NCBI RefSeq assembly: GCF_002310835.1
Contig: NZ_CP011041.1
Span: 3,000,001 to 3,032,000 of the forward strand
Reading direction: 5' to 3'
DNA length: 32,000 bases
Source of the DNA: Pseudoalteromonas tetraodonis
GTDB lineage: Bacteria > Pseudomonadota > Gammaproteobacteria > Enterobacterales > Alteromonadaceae
Part shown: positions 27,048-32,000 of the stretch, piece after piece
Position numbering within the stretch: the stretch's first letter is position 1
Layout: the number at the start of each line of letters is the position of its first letter
Program-made: the position numbers and the translations under genes
Notes under the pieces: generated by a model
The model's database searches: none
The model's input: only the letters and a program-made list of their open reading frames with translations
Told to the model about the DNA's origin: nothing

Positions 27048-29168
27048 ATGAATACTCAACAGACATTTTCAATTGGAAAATGCCAAATATCGGTGTTTGA
27101 AAATAAGCTGTTTTGTGCCGATAAAACCTGTGTATTACAACCTAAATTTATAGAACTACTTGTTTACTTGGTAGAGTGTTATCCAAACGCAGTAACGCGT
27201 GAGCAACTAATAGAGAATGTGTGGAGTGGTAATCAATATGTGGGCGAAAAAGCACTGACAAATGCCATATGGCATCTTCGTAAAAGCTTTAAAGAACTCG
27301 ACCCCGACAATACCTATATAGAAACACTGCGTAAAACGGGTTACCGCTTAGTACAAAAACCAACAACGCCAGAGCCTGTTAATAGCATTAACAATACGCC
27401 GCTTCGCTCTGGGTATATTTACGCTAGCGTACTTGCTATTGTTATATTATTAGGTAGCTATTGGGGTTATAGCGCCCTTTTTGAAAACGCAAAGCAGCCA
27501 CTTGCTCAATCGCAACAAGCAGCACGTTTGTACGATTACATTGAAACAATTACCACCAGCCCAGGAAGAGAGTTGTTTCCGGCTATTTCTAATGACAGTC
27601 ATTTTTTAGCGTATTCGTGGCGTCGCCCAGGACACAAAGCTAATTTATACTTACGTGATCTTCATTTACCAGAGCAAGCTGCAATAGCACTTACCGACAC
27701 CCCATTCATTGAGGGCAGAGCGGTATTTAGTCCTGATTTAACGTTTATTTATTATTACCGCCGTAAAGCTGCTCAAGGCTGTGAAGTCATTCAGCAAAAT
27801 ATCGCCTCGGGCAATATCACTGTTATAGGGCTGTGCGGAAGTAAAACCAGTACCGATATAGACATTAATGCCACAGGCACTAAGCTGGTTTATATTAGTG
27901 AAGATGAAAAAAATAATGATTTTACCCAGCTTAACCTTGTCGATTTAACCTCATCGCCATACACAGTTACTCAAGTCCCTTGTACGTCAGCATGCCAATA
28001 TACCGATGAGTCGGTTGTGTTTTCACCAGATGCGACACAGCTGGTGGTATCGCGTAATTTACCAACGGGTTTTGAAGAATTATTTTTAATCGACATAAAA
28101 ACAGCTTATGCTAAGCAATTAACTTCAGGTTTTGTTGATATGAGAGGCGTTGATTGGCATCCCAATAAGCCACAACTTGTCTTTTCGGGTGTTAAAAAAG
28201 GCAAGCGCCAAGGTTATTTTTATAACCTCAAAACACAACAAATGATCAATGCGCACATCGATGGGTTAAGTTACCCAGAATATGCACATGATGGCAGTTT
28301 GTATTTTCATCAATGGAATATCGACTCTGCATTAATGCGTGTAGAAACCAGTAATGCGGTTGCAAGTTTCCCTTTTCCGGTATTATCAAGCGACTTTAAT
28401 ACGCGCTTTCCTGATTACAGTAAAGCCAGAAAAAAGTTAGTTTTTGTATCTAACGAATCGGGCTCAATGGAATTATGGACTGCAAATCAAGACGGCACCT
28501 CACGAAAACAGCTTACTAATCTCAGTGCAAATATTTACAACCCGGTGTGGTCACCTGATGGTAATTACATTGCCTTTGTTGCTTCTCATCTTGGTGAGCA
28601 TGCGCTATACCTTTATGACTTTAACACCCAATCAAGTCAGTCATTACCCACAGGCTTTAGTTACCATGGAAAACCGAGTTGGGCTGCAGATAGTAAAAGC
28701 CTATTGGTAGCGAATGATAAACACGTTTATCGCTTCGACTTAAAGGGCAATAAACTCGCACAGGCCATAGATTCACCAACACTATACGCTTATGAAAACA
28801 AGCAAGGCGCTTTAATTTTTGCAAACCAAGCAACCAATCAGTTATGGATAAAAGACCCAGATAGCCAAACTGAGCAACCACTTGTTAGCGAAATTAATTT
28901 ATCAAATCATAATTCGTGGTATTTTTTTGAAGGCGACACCTTAGCGCAATCGCGTATTTACTATTTTAATGTAAAACAAGGTGATTACCGTTTGAGTTAT
29001 TACGACTTCTCAACCAACAGCCATCATGACGTAATACGCCTTCCCGAACGCGCATTTAGTCGCACCTCTGGCTTAACCTTTATTACAAATACCAACTGGC
29101 TTGTGTACTCTTCGTATAAGTCACCACAAATTGACATAAAACGTATCAACCAAAAATATTTGCCATAA
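27048..29168 (+). CDS. ToxR/CadC-type transmembrane transcriptional regulator: N-terminal OmpR/PhoB-type winged helix, single TM helix, periplasmic TolB-like beta-propeller
   Basis: 706 aa. The wHTH is LQPKFIELLVYLVECYPNAVTREQLIENVWSG...ALTNAIWHLRKSF...IETLRKTGYRLV. The TM helix is YIYASVLAIVILLGSYWGY. Repeated PD40/TolB-type motifs are present: FSPDLTFIYYY, VFSPDATQLVVS, DWHPNKPQLVFS, FVSNESGSMELWTANQDGTSRKQLT, PVWSPDGNYIAFV, PSWAADSKSLLVA. Confidence 0.85.
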   Translation: MNTQQTFSIGKCQISVFENKLFCADKTCVLQPKFIELLVYLVECYPNAVTREQLIENVWSGNQYVGEKALTNAIWHLRKSFKELDPDNTYIETLRKTGYRLVQKPTTPEPVNSINNTPLRSGYIYASVLAIVILLGSYWGYSALFENAKQPLAQSQQAARLYDYIETITTSPGRELFPAISNDSHFLAYSWRRPGHKANLYLRDLHLPEQAAIALTDTPFIEGRAVFSPDLTFIYYYRRKAAQGCEVIQQNIASGNITVIGLCGSKTSTDIDINATGTKLVYISEDEKNNDFTQLNLVDLTSSPYTVTQVPCTSACQYTDESVVFSPDATQLVVSRNLPTGFEELFLIDIKTAYAKQLTSGFVDMRGVDWHPNKPQLVFSGVKKGKRQGYFYNLKTQQMINAHIDGLSYPEYAHDGSLYFHQWNIDSALMRVETSNAVASFPFPVLSSDFNTRFPDYSKARKKLVFVSNESGSMELWTANQDGTSRKQLTNLSANIYNPVWSPDGNYIAFVASHLGEHALYLYDFNTQSSQSLPTGFSYHGKPSWAADSKSLLVANDKHVYRFDLKGNKLAQAIDSPTLYAYENKQGALIFANQATNQLWIKDPDSQTEQPLVSEINLSNHNSWYFFEGDTLAQSRIYYFNVKQGDYRLSYYDFSTNSHHDVIRLPERAFSRTSGLTFITNTNWLVYSSYKSPQIDIKRINQKYLP

Positions 29169-29289
29169 TAAATCTAAAATTAAACACGCTACAGGTCTTG
29201 TAATTGCTTAAATAGTTTATTGCTAAAAATATGTTCAAGCCACATTTTTAAAAATTAAGCGTTATGGGGTTAGCGTGTACAAACCCGTT

Positions 29290-29298
29290 TGGTATAAT
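29290..29298 (+). promoter_or_regulatory. Extended -10 promoter element (TGgTATAAT) upstream of the tautomerase gene
   Basis: TG at 29290-29291 and TATAAT at 29293-29298, about 32 nt before the ATG. The RBS AAGAGGA is at 29314-29320. Confidence 0.5.
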
Positions 29299-29329
29299 TA
29301 AATAAACTAATCTAAAGAGGATACGTTAA

Positions 29330-29659
29330 ATGCCACACATTATTATTGAACACTCAGAAGATCTGCCTTTACTACCTCAAGTTCTTGTGGAAAAAATCCA
29401 TACAACAACGTTTGAAAGTGGCTTATTTGATTTAGAAACAATAAAGACTCGCGCTATTGCTTATCAGCATTATCAGTTAGGTGTGGGTAAAGAAGGGTTT
29501 ATTCATATTGCGGTGCATATTATGGCTGGGCGTTCCATTGAGCAAAAGCAACTACTAAGTGAGCAATTACTAGCCTGCTTGCAAACGTATTGCAGAGCCT
29601 CTGACAGTTTAAGCGTAAATATTTACGAAATGGATCACGAGATTTACCGTAAAAACTAA
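29330..29659 (+). CDS. 5-carboxymethyl-2-hydroxymuconate isomerase (CHMI)-like tautomerase superfamily protein
   Basis: 109 aa. The N-terminus MPHIIIEHS gives a catalytic Pro-1 after Met removal. ...IHIAVHIMAGRSIEQKQ is collinear with E. coli HpcD (MPHFIVECS...VHMTLKIGAGRSLESRQ). Confidence 0.8.
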   Translation: MPHIIIEHSEDLPLLPQVLVEKIHTTTFESGLFDLETIKTRAIAYQHYQLGVGKEGFIHIAVHIMAGRSIEQKQLLSEQLLACLQTYCRASDSLSVNIYEMDHEIYRKN

Positions 29660-29671
29660 CCGCCATTACAA

Positions 29672-29708
29672 CATCATAGTTATAGGCGAGAACTCTATAA
29701 CTATGATG
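29672..29708. terminator. Perfect 14-bp-stem hairpin between convergent genes (putative bidirectional terminator)
   Basis: CATCATAGTTATAG (29672-29685) and CTATAACTATGATG (29695-29708) flank a 9-nt loop. The U-tracts are weak on both strands. Confidence 0.5.
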
Positions 29709-29745
29709 GTTTCCTCGCTCAACTGATTTTTTAATTAAATCGTGT

Positions 29746-31623
29746 TTAAAGCGTAAACTTACCCAGTAAATCCCTTAAAATATTCGATTCTTTATTTAAA
29801 CCGTTACAAAGATGCTCTGACTTTTTCATATTTTCTTTGGTTTGCTCTGCCGAATCAGAAATCATCACAATATTTTGGCTAATTTCTGAGGTTGCTAGTG
29901 TTTGCTCTCGCGTTGCAGTAGCCACTGAGTTGTTTAACTCGCTTAGTAGTACAATTTCCTGTGAAATACCATTTAATGTATGGCCGGTTTCTTTTAAGCG
30001 CTCGGCATTTTCTAGGGTGTTTTTGCTGCCCAATTCAATCGCTGTTACCGTGCTTGACGCTTTAGCATTTAACGAATCAATCATCTCATTAATTTGCTCC
30101 GTAGACTCCGCGGTACGTTGCGCAAGCGTTCTTACTTCGTCAGCAACTACCGCAAAGCCACGGCCCTGCTCACCCGCTCTAGCAGCCTCAATAGCCGCAT
30201 TTAACGCCAATAAATTAGTTTGCTCGGAAATCCCTTTAATTACATCCAAGACATGAGAAATTGATTTAATCTCTGTCGAAAGCTCTAACACCGAGGCCAC
30301 AGAGTTGGCCATTGACGCTTCTAGTTGTTCCATTTGTTTAATCGTGCTTTGCACAAACTCAACCCCTTTGTGCGTCGTTTCTTCGGTTTTAGTAGCAATA
30401 TCTGCTGCATTACTGGCACTACCAGAAATATCCTGAACCGTAACCTCCATCTCATTAACGGCTGCCGCCACCGTTTGCGTACTCGATGATTGCACTTCAG
30501 CTAAATTTGCCGCACCTTGCACTTGCTCAAGCACATCTTGGGAAATACCTTTAACATGAATTGCCGACTCAGAAACCTGTTTGAACATATAATGTAACTG
30601 CTCTAAAAACAGATTAAACTTAACCGCTAAGTCTGAAATTTCATTATTATCATCAGTAGGGAGTCGTGCCGTTAAATCACCATCTTTTTCTGTTAACGCA
30701 TTCACCGCTGCAGTAATGTTTTCGATTGGCCTAAATATTTGCCCTACTAACACGCGTGCTAACGCTAAACCTACAAGCGCAATAATTACACCAAAAATGA
30801 TATTAGTATTAATAGCAGTATTAATTGCGCCATATAATTGCTCTTGGGGAATTTCAGCGACTAGATGCCAACCTAATGAATTTACTGGCGTACTTGAGAC
30901 AACATAGTCATCACCATCAATTACTTTACTTTGAATTGCCCCATTTTTAATCGGCGCCAAGTCAACAGATTGCCCAATTTTAGTTTTATTACCATGCAAC
31001 ATAATCTCGCCACTACCAGAGACCAAATAAACAATGCCGCCCTCTCCTATTCTATATTCACTTATGAGATCCACCATAGAATCGAGCGAACGGCCTATTC
31101 CGGCAATTCCTTGTCGTTGCCCATCAAGCTCAATGGCATAATTAATAAATACCATCACCTCAGAGCTACCTTTATCTATGTCGAGTGCTACTTCAAATGG
31201 TCTATCCGATGCTAAAAAAGCATCAAACCAAGTATCACTACTGTCTATTTGCCTAGAAATACCTTCATCGGTGTAATAATTGCGGGAGTTTTTAGAAATA
31301 ATGTATGCGTTACTGGCTTGGTTTTTATTTTTTATATGTTTGAGGTAATCAATGAATTTACCTCGGCTTTGCGCATCTTCATTATTATTCATCCATTGCT
31401 GCACAAATAAGTTTTGCGCTATTTCTTTGCCTACAACAATAGGTGTAGAAAGTTCCAGCTCTATTTGGCTTTTCACCTCACTAAGCGCTGTTGGTAAATC
31501 TACTTTGGCTAGTTTGTCTTCTGTATTTGAGCGAATACTATTTGAAAATATTAGAGTAGATATTGCTAAAGGAGCAACAACAGCCAAAATAAGACTGAGG
31601 TATACTTTTCGTTTTAATAACAT
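29746..31623 (-). CDS. Methyl-accepting chemotaxis protein with a dCache-type periplasmic sensor and a HAMP domain
   Basis: The N-terminal TM helix is [21 protein letters not shown] ~250-aa periplasmic double-Cache-like region is followed by a second TM helix and HAMP ([25 protein letters not shown]). The signalling domain carries the highly conserved [39 protein letters not shown] prefer the ATG at 31623 (MLLKRK...); the track TTG at 31644 adds 7 codons. Confidence 0.92.
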   Translation of the reverse strand: MLLKRKVYLSLILAVVAPLAISTLIFSNSIRSNTEDKLAKVDLPTALSEVKSQIELELSTPIVVGKEIAQNLFVQQWMNNNEDAQSRGKFIDYLKHIKNKNQASNAYIISKNSRNYYTDEGISRQIDSSDTWFDAFLASDRPFEVALDIDKGSSEVMVFINYAIELDGQRQGIAGIGRSLDSMVDLISEYRIGEGGIVYLVSGSGEIMLHGNKTKIGQSVDLAPIKNGAIQSKVIDGDDYVVSSTPVNSLGWHLVAEIPQEQLYGAINTAINTNIIFGVIIALVGLALARVLVGQIFRPIENITAAVNALTEKDGDLTARLPTDDNNEISDLAVKFNLFLEQLHYMFKQVSESAIHVKGISQDVLEQVQGAANLAEVQSSSTQTVAAAVNEMEVTVQDISGSASNAADIATKTEETTHKGVEFVQSTIKQMEQLEASMANSVASVLELSTEIKSISHVLDVIKGISEQTNLLALNAAIEAARAGEQGRGFAVVADEVRTLAQRTAESTEQINEMIDSLNAKASSTVTAIELGSKNTLENAERLKETGHTLNGISQEIVLLSELNNSVATATREQTLATSEISQNIVMISDSAEQTKENMKKSEHLCNGLNKESNILRDLLGKFTL

Positions 31624-31781
31624 AGAGCACCTAAGGGGTAACAAAGCGGTATTTTATATACTGCACACAATTAACAGTAGCGACATTAAAGGTCATAAAA
31701 TAAAGATTTTTATAATAAAATCTCATAACACTTTAATAGTAGATTCAACTGTGTTTATTGCAATGTATTCAATAAAATTAA

Positions 31782-31802
31782 TAAAAAAATCAGTGCGCTG
31801 AT
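31782..31802 (-). terminator. Weak hairpin plus U7, possibly terminating the tRNA transcript
   Basis: The minus strand reads ATCAG-cgca-CTGAT followed by TTTTTTT. The stem is only 5 bp. Confidence 0.3.
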
Positions 31803-31883
31803 AAAAATACAATAGAAGTAATAGAAATGAAGTTTTATAAACTAGGAAGGTGAATTTCTATTTACTTGGAAAGCATTTAAAAG

Positions 31884-31960
31884 TGGTGGCCCCTCCCAGA
31901 CTCGAACTGGGGACCTAACGATTATGAGTCGTGTGCTCTAACCAACTGAGCTAAGGGGCC
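31884..31960 (-). tRNA. tRNA with CAU anticodon. The acceptor stem and body resemble E. coli ileX (tRNA-Ile2, lysidine-modified); the alternative is elongator tRNA-Met.
   Basis: The reverse complement is GGCCCCT-TA-GCTC-AGTTGGTTA-GAGC-A-CACGA-CTCATAA-TCGTT-AGGTC-CCCAG-TTCGAGT-CTGGG-AGGGGCC-ACCA. The cloverleaf is complete, with one C27:U43 mismatch and an encoded CCA. The acceptor stem GGCCCCT/AGGGGCC is identical to E. coli ileX as I remember it. Confidence 0.93.
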
Positions 31961-32000
31961 ATCTTTGTATAACTGTAAGCAGTTAATTTTTGAAGCGTTT

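Noticed and set aside
31352-31801. A 149-aa plus-strand ORF spanning the MCP 5' end and its promoter region.
   Set aside because: It is antisense to the well-supported chemoreceptor N-terminus, continues through AT-rich intergenic DNA, and has a low-complexity composition.
1-32000. A search of the whole window for CRISPR arrays, transposases, integrases, prophage or toxin-antitoxin/defence-type genes, and for composition breaks suggesting a genomic island.
   Set aside because: I found no spaced identical repeats, none of the listed gene types, and no obvious compositional discontinuity by eye. The only mobile-element-like signal is the quasi-palindrome at 8059-8220.

Overview
This 32-kb window looks like an AT-rich marine gammaproteobacterium. 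Gene order and protein sequences resemble Alteromonadales or Pseudoalteromonas, but that is an inference with no database search behind it. Positions 1-12.2 kb are core housekeeping: a possible ftsY 5' end, rsmD, the rpsU-yqeY-dnaG-rpoD macromolecular-synthesis operon, prmA, dusB-fis, purH, an exported methyltransferase-like gene and purD. Most of these units end in clear rho-independent terminators. Positions 12.3-31.6 kb look more accessory. They hold a c-di-GMP cluster: a 7TMR-DISM / degenerate-GGDEF / EAL protein, a Cys-rich DUF2797-like protein, and a convergent, overlapping CBS-PAS-GGDEF-EAL protein. Next come a small orphan ORF that overlaps a histone-deacetylase-family gene tail to tail, and a tightly packed five-gene minus-strand operon (CreA lipoprotein, orphan 260-aa protein, LysE exporter, gamma-glutamylcyclotransferase-like protein, exported beta-lactamase-like serine hydrolase). 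After that is a ~1000-aa TonB-dependent receptor, divergent from a ToxR/CadC-type membrane regulator with a TolB-like periplasmic beta-propeller. The window ends with a stand-alone CHMI-type tautomerase, a dCache chemoreceptor and a tRNA with a CAU anticodon (ileX-like). I found no transposase, integrase, CRISPR array, phage gene or recognisable defence gene, and no broken reading frames. Nothing here is demonstrably a new system. The best candidates for undescribed biology are: (i) the TonB receptor / ToxR-TolB-like regulator pair with tandem 11-bp repeats in the shared control region; (ii) the creA-to-serine-hydrolase operon; (iii) the c-di-GMP cluster around DUF2797; and (iv) a ~160-bp quasi-palindromic element that starts at the fis stop codon. 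All motif spacings and alignments were done by hand and need computational confirmation.
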